Shown here: one piece after another, positions 17,878-26,076 of the stretch
Position numbering within the stretch: the stretch's first letter is position 1
Layout: each line of letters begins with the position of its first letter
Source: Gemmatimonadota bacterium
GTDB taxonomy: Bacteria > Gemmatimonadota > Gemmatimonadetes > Gemmatimonadales > GWC2-71-9
Assembly: GCA_029862925.1 (NCBI GenBank)
Contig: JAOTWJ010000004.1
Coordinates: 503 to 64,502 of the forward strand
Length of the DNA: 64,000 nt
Direction of reading: 5' to 3'
Program-made: the position numbers and the translations under genes
Notes under the pieces: generated by a model
The model's input: the letters and a program-made list of their open reading frames with translations, nothing else
The model's database searches: none
Told to the model about the DNA's origin: nothing

Positions 17878-18858
17878 ATGGGCGAGACTTTTCCGCGCGG
17901 GCGCATCGTTTGGCACGAGCTGATGACGACCAATCCGGATGCGGCCGTGCCGTTCTATCGCAGCGTGGTGGGCTGGGACGTCATGCCGTGGGAACAGGAC
18001 CGGTCCTACCGGCTGTGGACCATGCGGGGCGATCCCTGCGCCGGACTCATGGAGCTGCCGGAAGAGGCGCGTCTGGGGGGAGCACCGCCCAATTGGATGA
18101 TGTACGTCGCCGTGCCGGACATCGATCAGACGATGGGCCAGGCGACGGCGATGGGCGGCATGGTGCTCCACGGACCCCAGCAGATCGAAGGTGCCGGTCG
18201 CTTCGTGGTCCTCAGCGATCCGCAGGGGGCGGTGTTCGCCGTGATGCGGTCCCCGGGCGAGCAGGGCGGCCACGATGGACCCCCGAAGCCCGGGGAGTTC
18301 TCGTGGCACGAGCTCGCCACCACCGACTGGCGCGCCGGGTGGCGGTTCTATCAGGCGCTGTTCGGGTGGGAGAAGATGGAGGCCATGGAGATGGGCCCCA
18401 TGGGCGTCTACCAGATGTTCGGCCGGAAGGGCCAGATGCTCGGCGGCGTGTACAACAAGCCGCCCGACATGCCCGCGCCACCGCACTGGCTGTGTTACGC
18501 GATGGTCCCCAACGCAGACACCGCCGCCGCTAGCGTCACGCGCCTCGGCGGGAAGGTGTTGAACGGCCCCATGGACGTCCCCGGTCCCAGCGGGGACCGG
18601 ATCGCGCAGTGCATGGATCCCCAGGGCGCCGCGTTTGCCGTTCACTCCACGCCACGAGTCGCCAAGGCGCGGCCACCGGCGAAGCCCAAGGCCGAGGGGC
18701 CGAAGGCCAAACCGGCTGCGGCACCGAAGGCCGGGAAACCGGCCCCCAAGAAGCCGGCTCCCAAGAAGAAGGCTCCGGGTGCCAAGAAGCGCCCTGTGAA
18801 GAAGGTGGCGCCCGCCAGGAAACGGCCGGTGAAGAAGGCGGCGGTGAAGAAACGCTAG
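17878..18858 (+). CDS. Tandem VOC/glyoxalase-family protein (CFP32-like) with Lys/Ala/Pro-rich tail
   Basis: AGGAGG RBS; two repeats of W.EL.T.D....FY..(V/L).GW ... W..Y..V.D.D ... DPQGA.F; about 65-aa PKK/AKK tail. Confidence 0.9.
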   Translation: MGETFPRGRIVWHELMTTNPDAAVPFYRSVVGWDVMPWEQDRSYRLWTMRGDPCAGLMELPEEARLGGAPPNWMMYVAVPDIDQTMGQATAMGGMVLHGPQQIEGAGRFVVLSDPQGAVFAVMRSPGEQGGHDGPPKPGEFSWHELATTDWRAGWRFYQALFGWEKMEAMEMGPMGVYQMFGRKGQMLGGVYNKPPDMPAPPHWLCYAMVPNADTAAASVTRLGGKVLNGPMDVPGPSGDRIAQCMDPQGAAFAVHSTPRVAKARPPAKPKAEGPKAKPAAAPKAGKPAPKKPAPKKKAPGAKKRPVKKVAPARKRPVKKAAVKKR

Positions 18859-18874
18859 ATCAGTAGTTGTCCGT

Positions 18875-18895
18875 TGGTCAGTTATTAACTGACCA
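18875..18895. repeat. AT-rich perfect palindrome TGGTCAGTTA-T-TAACTGACCA
   Basis: 10-bp perfect arms with a 1-nt centre in the short gap before the cupin RBS. Confidence 0.6.
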
Positions 18896-18918
18896 CGAGT
18901 CGGTTAACTGGAGGCCCC

Positions 18919-19302
18919 GTGAGTGCAGAACTCGGCGGTGTCGTGCGCCGCGCGGCTGACGTGCCCACCAAAGCGGTCGCCGCGGGCGTCGCGACCCAGG
19001 TACAGGTGCTCGTGGGCCCCGCGGAGGGGGCGCCGAACTTCGTTTTGCGCCGGTTCATCATGGGCCCCGGCGGCGGCATGCCGACCCACACAAACCAGGT
19101 CGAGCACGAACAGTACGTACTGCGAGGGCGAGCCCGGGTCAGCATCGGCGGGCAGGTGCACGAGGTCGGACCCGACGCCACGCTCTTCATCCCGGCCGGC
19201 GTGCCGCACGCCTACCAGGTCGTGGAGTCGCCCTTCGAGTTCCTGTGTGTGGTACCGAACGTGCCCGACGAAATCCGGCTGGCTGGTGCGGAGGGCTGCT
19301 AG
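18919..19302 (+). CDS. Cupin domain protein
   Basis: GGAGG RBS; PGGGMPTHTN..EHEQYVL.G; G...FIPAGVPH.Y; FLCVVP. Confidence 0.9.
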   Translation: MSAELGGVVRRAADVPTKAVAAGVATQVQVLVGPAEGAPNFVLRRFIMGPGGGMPTHTNQVEHEQYVLRGRARVSIGGQVHEVGPDATLFIPAGVPHAYQVVESPFEFLCVVPNVPDEIRLAGAEGC

Positions 19303-19481
19303 CTCGCGTCGCCTGGATCGGTCAGCGCCCGCCGCACGGCGGCCGCCAGGTCCGCCGGGGTGAACGGCTTGCCCAGGAACGCGATCCGCGCGGCCAGCAC
19401 GCCGCGCCGGACGACGGCGTCCACGGTGAAGCCCGACGTGTAGAGCACCCGGAGGTCCGGCCGCTCCGCGATCAGCCGATC
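19299..19481 (-). pseudogene. C-terminal half of a receiver domain (hybrid-kinase type), 5'-truncated
   Basis: DRLIAERPDLRVLYTSGFTVDAVVRRGVLAARIAFLGKPFTPADLAAAVRRAL...*; in-frame TGA at 19497-19499 upstream, with no ATG/GTG before the homologous part. Confidence 0.7.
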
Positions 19482-19523
19482 TATGCGGAGGGGATGTCAA
19501 CCTCCCAGCGCACTCGGAAAGGA

Positions 19524-19552
19524 CGAGGGGGCGCGTGTTCCGCGCCCCCTCG
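19524..19552 (-). terminator. Intrinsic terminator-like hairpin after the S9 peptidase
   Basis: CGAGGGGGCGCG-5nt-CGCGCCCCCTCG, followed by TCCTTT on the minus strand. Confidence 0.6.
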
Positions 19553-19577
19553 CACTCCGTCTCGCCCGAATTGCGGC

Positions 19578-21827
19578 TCAGCGACCGCCGGCCGGCAGAT
19601 TCTCCACGAGGTAGCGCGTGAGCAGCGAGAACACGTGCAGCGTGGTACCGCGGCCCTCACAGATGCAGTGACTCCGGTTGGGATACGCCACGTAGTCGAA
19701 CCGCTTCCCCAGCTCGATCAGCCGGTTGACGAGACGTTCCGTCCCCTGCCAATGCACGTTGTCGTCCCCGGTGCCGTGGACCACCAGCAGCCGTCCCGCG
19801 AGGCCCTCGGCGTGATGGATGGCGGAGGCACGCTCGTAGTTCGCCGCATCGTCGGGCAGGAGCCCCATGTAACGCTCCTGGTAGATCGTGTCATAGAGCG
19901 TCTCGTCCGGTACCGGGGCGACGGACAGACCGACGTGATACACGTCGGGGTAGCGAAACATGGCCTGCAGGGTCGCCGAGCCACCGCCGCTCCATCCCCA
20001 CACGGCCACGCGAGTCGAATCGAGATACGGACGCGTGCGCGTCAGCTGCCGCACCGCCGCCGCCTGATCCGCGCTCGTGATCACCCCGACTTGCCCGTAC
20101 GCCGCCTTGCGCCACGCCCGGCCCCGCGGGGCCGGGGTACCGCGGTTGTCCACGCTCGCCACCACGTAGCCCAGGTCCGCCAGCATCCGATGCCACAGGC
20201 CTTGCGGCCCGAACCATGCGTCGCGCACGGTCTGGCCCGCCGGCTCCGTGTAGACGTACATCAGCATGGGATAGCGCTTGGCCGGGTCGAAGTCCTTCGG
20301 CCGGATCATCCACCCATCCAGCTCCACTCCCTCCGCCACCGGCACGTGGAAGAACTCGGTGGGGCGGTGGATCAGGGCGGTCGTGGCCTGTTGGGTCTGC
20401 TCCCGCGAAGCCAGGACGCGGACGACCTCGTGGCCGGGCAGCCGCACGAGATCCGTCTGCGTGGGGAGATCGAACGCGGAGTGGCTGTGGATGGCGAACC
20501 GTGCGTCCGGCGACAACGTGTACGAGTGCGAGCCCGGCTGGTCCGCCGGCGTGAGGCGCACGGGACGCCCCCCCGCCAGCGGCACGCGGAACAGATACCG
20601 CTGCGTGGCGTTGTCGGGGGAGGCGCTGACGTACACCCATCCGCCGGGTTCGTCCACGGCGATCACGCTGACCACATCGTAGTTCCCGGGCGTGAGCAGC
20701 TTCGTCTGCCGCCCGTCGCGCGAGACCGTATACAGGTGACGCCAGCCGTCCCGCTCGCTGACCCACAGCAGCCGGCGTCCGTTGTCGAGCCACTGCCAGT
20801 CGTCCACGACGTCGAGCCAGGCCGCATCCCGTTCCACAAACAGCTCGCGGACCGCCCCGGTGGTCGCGTTGGCCAGCAGGACCTGATTGGTGTTCTGCCG
20901 CCGGTTCATCCGCTGGAGCACCAGCTCGCCCGCTCCCGCCCACTCCAACCGCGGCAGGTAGTTCTCGCGCGGATCGTCGGGCAGCTGGACCCACGTGATC
21001 GGCCCGCCCGTCGCCGCCACGATCCCGGCGCCCACGGCGGAGTTGGTCGTGCCGACCTTGGGGTACTGGAAGGTGATCGTGTAGGGATACAGCGAGTCGG
21101 TGTTGTTGATCATCATGAAATTGCGTACACCCGACATGTCGAATCGCCAGAAGGCAATCCGCTGCCCGTCCGGCGACCAGCGGAACCCGTCGCGCAGGTC
21201 GAATTCCTCTTCGTAGACCCAGTCGCTGGTGCCGTTGACCACCGAGTCGGACCCGTCGCTGGTGAGCCGGGTGATGGCCCCGTCGCCCAAGTTCTCCACG
21301 TACACGTCGCCCTGCCGAACGTAGGCGACCTTGTCGCCGGCCGGCGAGAACTTGGCGAACATCAGGGACGCCTCGGGCGCATCGGAGCCGCCGAGCTTGC
21401 GCAGCTGGCCGGTGCCGCGGTCGAGCACCCAGTAGTCCCCGCGTGTGTTGCGGCGCCACACACGCCGGGTGTTGGTGAAGAGCAGCATCTTGGCCCGGTC
21501 GGGCGTGAAGGCGAAATCCTGCGGGACCACCCCGACCGAGTCGCCGGCCGGCACGAGCTGGCGCGCGCTCACGAAGACCTGCGAGCTGCCGCTGACCGCG
21601 TCGACCCGCACGAGACGCACGCCACGCGGCTGGGTTGACCGCTCCGTCGTCACGTAGGACGTGGCATCCAGCCACTCCGCGGATCCAAAGCGTTCTCCGA
21701 AGAACTCGCCGGACGCGTAGATCCGCCGCAGCATATCCTCACCAGGCTGCTGCGCGGCGGCCTGCGCCACCATCACTGCCATACCGAGCGCCACGAGCGC
21801 GGCGCGCACGAACCGTCGAATCGTCAT
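19578..21827 (-). CDS. Dipeptidyl-peptidase IV (S9B family), secreted
   Basis: Signal peptide; NGTSDWVYEEEF, WSPDG, YPKVG; GWSGGG nucleophile, HGTGDDNVH, RSH. Confidence 0.93.
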   Translation of the reverse strand: MTIRRFVRAALVALGMAVMVAQAAAQQPGEDMLRRIYASGEFFGERFGSAEWLDATSYVTTERSTQPRGVRLVRVDAVSGSSQVFVSARQLVPAGDSVGVVPQDFAFTPDRAKMLLFTNTRRVWRRNTRGDYWVLDRGTGQLRKLGGSDAPEASLMFAKFSPAGDKVAYVRQGDVYVENLGDGAITRLTSDGSDSVVNGTSDWVYEEEFDLRDGFRWSPDGQRIAFWRFDMSGVRNFMMINNTDSLYPYTITFQYPKVGTTNSAVGAGIVAATGGPITWVQLPDDPRENYLPRLEWAGAGELVLQRMNRRQNTNQVLLANATTGAVRELFVERDAAWLDVVDDWQWLDNGRRLLWVSERDGWRHLYTVSRDGRQTKLLTPGNYDVVSVIAVDEPGGWVYVSASPDNATQRYLFRVPLAGGRPVRLTPADQPGSHSYTLSPDARFAIHSHSAFDLPTQTDLVRLPGHEVVRVLASREQTQQATTALIHRPTEFFHVPVAEGVELDGWMIRPKDFDPAKRYPMLMYVYTEPAGQTVRDAWFGPQGLWHRMLADLGYVVASVDNRGTPAPRGRAWRKAAYGQVGVITSADQAAAVRQLTRTRPYLDSTRVAVWGWSGGGSATLQAMFRYPDVYHVGLSVAPVPDETLYDTIYQERYMGLLPDDAANYERASAIHHAEGLAGRLLVVHGTGDDNVHWQGTERLVNRLIELGKRFDYVAYPNRSHCICEGRGTTLHVFSLLTRYLVENLPAGGR

Positions 21828-21985
21828 TCCTCACCCCTTCCCCACGTTGTCGTCCAGCACGTCTCACGCCGCCTCCGGCGACGCCGGAAGATCGCTGGGA
21901 GGTGGGGGTGTGCACCAGCGGCCCCGCATCTTGTGCGGCGGGCCGCCGCGCGGCACTCTCCCATCACCCCCAGTGGAGCACGCCG

Positions 21986-23146
21986 ATGGCCAAAACCCCC
22001 GAAGCGCCGGAGATCCCGCCCGGCGAGCTGGCGCAGGCGCTGGAGACGGACGCGCCGATCCAGATCGTGGACGTGCGCGCGCCGCAGCGACTCGTGGCGG
22101 GTCGGATCGAGCCCGTGCCGGAGAGCCGCTTTCACAACATCGTCGGCTCGCAACTGATTCGTCACCGCCGGCTGGAGGACGCGGGCCTGGATCCGGCGCT
22201 CCCCATCGCGGTGGTCTGCGACCACGGAAACGACAGCCGGGCCCTGGCTCGGCATCTCAACCGTCTGGGGGGCCGCGCACGCTCGCTGCGCGGCGGCATG
22301 GCGGCTTGGATGCAGCTCGTGCTCCCTCGGCCCGTGGCGGCCCCGCCATCGCTCGATCGGCTCGTCCAGCTCGACCGGGTCGGCAAGGGCGCGCTGGGAT
22401 ACGCACTGCTGAGTGACGGCGAGGCGCTGCTCGTGGATCCGCCCCTCGCGGCCGACGCGTATCGCCGCGTCGTGGCGGAGCAGGGGGCCCGGCTCATCGG
22501 CGTGGCCGACACGCATGTCCACGCCGACTACGTGAGCGGCGCCCCGGCCCTCGCGCGCGAATTCCGCGTGCCGTATCACCTGCATCCCGCCGATACCGTG
22601 TACCCCTACGACAACCGCCCCGGCCGGCTCGACGTGCATCCGCTCGTGGACGGCGACCGGTTGGCCGTGGGTCGCTGCCGCGTGCGCGTGGTGCACACAC
22701 CGGGACATACGGAGGGCAGCGTGACCTACGTGATCGACGACGCCGTGGCACTGACGGGCGACTTCCTGTTCATCGCATCGGTCGGCCGGCCGGACCTGGC
22801 GGGACGCACCGGCGACTGGACGCCGCAGCTCTGGTCGAGCGTCGTGCGCGCTCGGAACGAATTCCCGCCCGACCTCGCGATCCGCCCGGCCCACTACGCG
22901 AGCGACGCCGAGCGCGAGCGGGATCGGTCGGTTGGACGGCCCTTTGCGCGACTCCTGGCGGAAAACGCCGCGTTCCAGTGCCGGGACGGCGCCGCGTTCG
23001 CCCGCTGGGTCGAACGGCAGGCGGGGAGCTTTCCGGAGTCGTACCGCACCATCAAGGCGATCAACGTGGGGCTCCATCCCGCCGATTCCGCCGAGGTCGA
23101 GGCACTCGAGTTCGGAAAGAACGAATGCGCGCTGGGCGGCCGGTGA
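21986..23146 (+). CDS. Rhodanese + MBL-fold hydrolase fusion (sulfurtransferase/persulfide-dioxygenase-like)
   Basis: IVDVR...VVCDHGNDS...LRGGMAAW; DTHVHADY, HTPGHT, TGDFLF..SVGRPDL, PAHY, C-terminal GKNECA. Confidence 0.85.
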   Translation: MAKTPEAPEIPPGELAQALETDAPIQIVDVRAPQRLVAGRIEPVPESRFHNIVGSQLIRHRRLEDAGLDPALPIAVVCDHGNDSRALARHLNRLGGRARSLRGGMAAWMQLVLPRPVAAPPSLDRLVQLDRVGKGALGYALLSDGEALLVDPPLAADAYRRVVAEQGARLIGVADTHVHADYVSGAPALAREFRVPYHLHPADTVYPYDNRPGRLDVHPLVDGDRLAVGRCRVRVVHTPGHTEGSVTYVIDDAVALTGDFLFIASVGRPDLAGRTGDWTPQLWSSVVRARNEFPPDLAIRPAHYASDAERERDRSVGRPFARLLAENAAFQCRDGAAFARWVERQAGSFPESYRTIKAINVGLHPADSAEVEALEFGKNECALGGR

Positions 23147-23246
23147 CCACCTTCGGTGCGCTCGGCCTCCGCATCCCGAGGGTTGCGCTCCAACGGTGCT
23201 CCCTCTAGCGGACCGCCGTGCGAAAGCGTACATCGTCTAGGTGAGC

Positions 23247-23555
23247 ATGAAATCCTCCGAGTCGGACCGCCCGCTGGCCCTCGATCGGCGCCGCACCGAC
23301 CGGCGCGCCCACACCGAGCGCCGGGTCGCGGTGCTGCCGTTCCCCGGCGAGCGACGCGGCGCACGTGACCGTCGCCTCGGCGTGGACCGCCGGGTCGCCG
23401 ACCTCGACCCGCGCGACCAGCTCCACACCGCGCTCGAGCTGCTGTTCGAAGTCGTCGAACGCAGCGGACTCGACGACATCGCGCTGCAGCAGCTCGACGG
23501 CGCCATTCTCCGCGTGCGCGTGGCGCTCGACCGACTGGAGACCCGGGTCCCCTGA
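23247..23555 (+). CDS. Hypothetical protein with repeated (D/E)RR motifs and a helical C-terminus
   Basis: DRRRTDRR..TERR...ERRGARDRR...DRR; ordinary helical composition downstream; fills the gap between two + genes. Confidence 0.6.
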   Translation: MKSSESDRPLALDRRRTDRRAHTERRVAVLPFPGERRGARDRRLGVDRRVADLDPRDQLHTALELLFEVVERSGLDDIALQQLDGAILRVRVALDRLETRVP

Positions 23556-23636
23556 GTCGCGACGCCTCAACACCCGCGCGGAACCGGCCGTACACCTGAG
23601 CATGATGGCCCGCAGACCCGCGGCGAGGCGGGGCGG

Positions 23637-24941
23637 ATGCTGAGACCGCTCGTTGCACGGTTCGTGTCCGCCCGTGACGACGAGCTGACGCCGGTGCTGT
23701 GGGCCACGGCCTACGGCTTCTGCATCCTGTTTTCCTACTACATCCTGCGCGCGGTGCGGGACGAGATCAGCTCCGCCGACCGCGGCAACCTCCAGATTCT
23801 GTGGACCGCCGTCTTCGTCGTGATGCTGCTGGCGGTTCCGCTCTACTCCTGGGTGGCGTCCCGGTACCCGCGCGGCGTGTTCGTGCCGCTCGCCAACCGG
23901 TTCTTCATCGCCAATCTGGTGCTGTTCTACGTTGCGCTCACGCTGCTCCCCCCCGCGCTGCGCCCCTGGATCGATCGTGCCTTCTACGTGTGGGCGAGTG
24001 TCTTTGCCCTGTTCGTGGTGACGGTGTTCTGGGGGTTCATGGCCGACTGCTTTCGCAATGAGCAGGGCAAGCGACTGTTCGGGTTCATCGCCGTGGGAAG
24101 CTCGCTCGGCGGCATTGCCGGGTCCGCCGTAACGGCGTCGCTGGTCGAAGTGGCGCCGGCGTTCACCTTGCTCCTCGTGGCCTGCGTGCCGCTGGAACTG
24201 GCCTCCTGGTGCGCGGCCGTCCTGCATCGCCGCTTCGGCGGCGGCGCCGACGCCACGCGCGTCGAGAACCAGCCACTGGGCGGGAGCGCATGGAGCGGTA
24301 TCGGCGTGATCTTCCGCTCACCCTATCTGCTCGGCATCGCCGCGTACATTGCCTTGATGACCTTCGCCTCCACGGTGCTGTACTTCCAGCAGGCCCATCT
24401 GGTCGGCGAGGCCGTCACCGACCGGGCCGCGCGCACCGCGTTGTTCGCGCGGATCGACCTGTGGGCCAACGCGCTCACGATTCTGCTGCAGACGTATCTC
24501 ACGGCGCGCATCATCCGCGCCATCGGGATTGCCGCGAGCCTGCTCCTACTTCCGGCGGCCCTGAGCCTCGGCTTCCTGGGACTCGGCGCGTATCCGCTGC
24601 TCGTCGTCCTCATCGGGCTCCAGGTATTCTACCGATCGGTGCGGTATGGGCTGGCCAAACCGGCGCGCGAGGTCCTGTTCACCGTCGTCAGCCGGGAAGA
24701 GAAGTACAAATCGAAAGCGTTTCTCGATGCCGCCGTGTACCGCGGCGGCGACTTGGTGAGCGGCTGGCTCTACGCGGGCCTGGCCGCGCTCGGGCTCAGC
24801 GTGGGCGCCATCGCCTTTGTCGCGGCGCCGGTGGCGGTTGTGTGGGCCGTCGTGGGATTCCGGCTCGGCACCGCGCAGGAGCGGCGGGCCCGAGCCGGGA
24901 CCCCCGGGACCCCGGAGAGCCCGACCCCGGCATCGTCCTGA
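23637..24941 (+). CDS. NTP/NDP exchange transporter-like MFS protein
   Basis: SYYILRAVRD, FYVW.SVF.LF...VFW..M.D.F...QGKRLFG.I..G, KPAREVLFT.V..EEKYK.K...D..VYRGGD. Confidence 0.85.
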   Translation: MLRPLVARFVSARDDELTPVLWATAYGFCILFSYYILRAVRDEISSADRGNLQILWTAVFVVMLLAVPLYSWVASRYPRGVFVPLANRFFIANLVLFYVALTLLPPALRPWIDRAFYVWASVFALFVVTVFWGFMADCFRNEQGKRLFGFIAVGSSLGGIAGSAVTASLVEVAPAFTLLLVACVPLELASWCAAVLHRRFGGGADATRVENQPLGGSAWSGIGVIFRSPYLLGIAAYIALMTFASTVLYFQQAHLVGEAVTDRAARTALFARIDLWANALTILLQTYLTARIIRAIGIAASLLLLPAALSLGFLGLGAYPLLVVLIGLQVFYRSVRYGLAKPAREVLFTVVSREEKYKSKAFLDAAVYRGGDLVSGWLYAGLAALGLSVGAIAFVAAPVAVVWAVVGFRLGTAQERRARAGTPGTPESPTPASS

Positions 24942-24961
24942 ACCTGCGAAAGGAGTCCCAG

Positions 24962-25876
24962 ATGATTCTCTCGAGGCGCGCCGTGCTCGAACTGAGTGCA
25001 GGCGCGGGATTGGCTCTGACCCTCGGTGTCCGCCGACTGCGCGCGCAGGCCCGCGGGCTGATCACCCGGGCGATCCCGTCGAGCGGCGAACGGCTCCCGG
25101 TCGTCGGCATCGGCACCCGCGAGTACCGCACGGGCGCCGGAATCGACACGGCCCCGCTGCGGGCCACGCTCCAGGCGTTCGCGCAGGCCGGCGGCACGGT
25201 GGTGGACACCGCCCCTTCCTACGGCAACGCGGAGACGGCGCTGGGCGAGCTCGTCACCGACCTGGACCTGCGCGACCGGCTGTTCCTCGCGACGAAGGTG
25301 GACCGCGAAGGACGAGACGTGGGGGTGGAGCGCATGAACGCCTCGTTCGAGAAGCTCCGCACCGACCGCATCGACCTGATGCAGGTCCACAACCTCCGCG
25401 ACACCGCCACGCAACTCGCGACCATGCGGGAGTGGAAGCAGGCCGGGCGGATTCGCTACGTCGGGATCACGACCTCGTCGGATCGGCAGTACGACGCGTT
25501 CGAGCGGGTGATGGCGGCCGAGCAACTCGACTTCATCCAGGTAGACTACTCGCTCAACAATCGAACGGCCGCCGAACGCATCCTGCCGCTCGCCCAGGAC
25601 CGCGGCGCCGCCGTGCTGGTCAATCTCCCGTTCGGCCGCGCGAGTCTGTTCCGGGCCGTGGGCGACCGTGCGGTTCCGGGCTGGGCCGCGGAGTTCGACT
25701 GCACGAGCTGGGCGCAGTTCTTCCTCAAGTACATCATCGCCCACCCGGCTGTCACGTGCGCCATCCCTGGCACCACCAAGGACTACCACGCGGTGGACAA
25801 TATGGGGGCCGCCCAGGGGCGGCTGCCCGATGCCGCACTGCGGCGGCGGATGGAGGAGTTCTTCACGGGTCTGTAG
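24962..25876 (+). CDS. Aldo/keto reductase with Tat-like signal peptide
   Basis: AAGGAG RBS; SRRAVL Tat-like motif; IGIGT, DTAPSYG.AE, LATKV, IDLMQVHN, GRIRYVG, IPGT. Confidence 0.9.
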   Translation: MILSRRAVLELSAGAGLALTLGVRRLRAQARGLITRAIPSSGERLPVVGIGTREYRTGAGIDTAPLRATLQAFAQAGGTVVDTAPSYGNAETALGELVTDLDLRDRLFLATKVDREGRDVGVERMNASFEKLRTDRIDLMQVHNLRDTATQLATMREWKQAGRIRYVGITTSSDRQYDAFERVMAAEQLDFIQVDYSLNNRTAAERILPLAQDRGAAVLVNLPFGRASLFRAVGDRAVPGWAAEFDCTSWAQFFLKYIIAHPAVTCAIPGTTKDYHAVDNMGAAQGRLPDAALRRRMEEFFTGL

Positions 25877-25898
25877 CCCGGCCGTGCCCTCGGCGGAC

Positions 25899-25928
25899 GT
25901 GGCGGCCGGCCCGCGGCCCGGCCGCCAC
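25899..25928. terminator. GC hairpin after the AKR gene
   Basis: GTGGCGGCCGG-8nt-CCGGCCGCCAC; no U-tract. Confidence 0.4.
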
Positions 25929-26076
25929 ACTGGCCCCACGCCGGCCGAACGCGTATTCTACACGCCCCGGTGATCCAGACACATCCCGCGTTTCCTGAAG
26001 CGCCGTGCCATCGGCGCCCGGTTGCGTCCGTCCTCGCGTGGGACAGACGGAGCGGCTCGCGCCGTTGGGTGGCACC

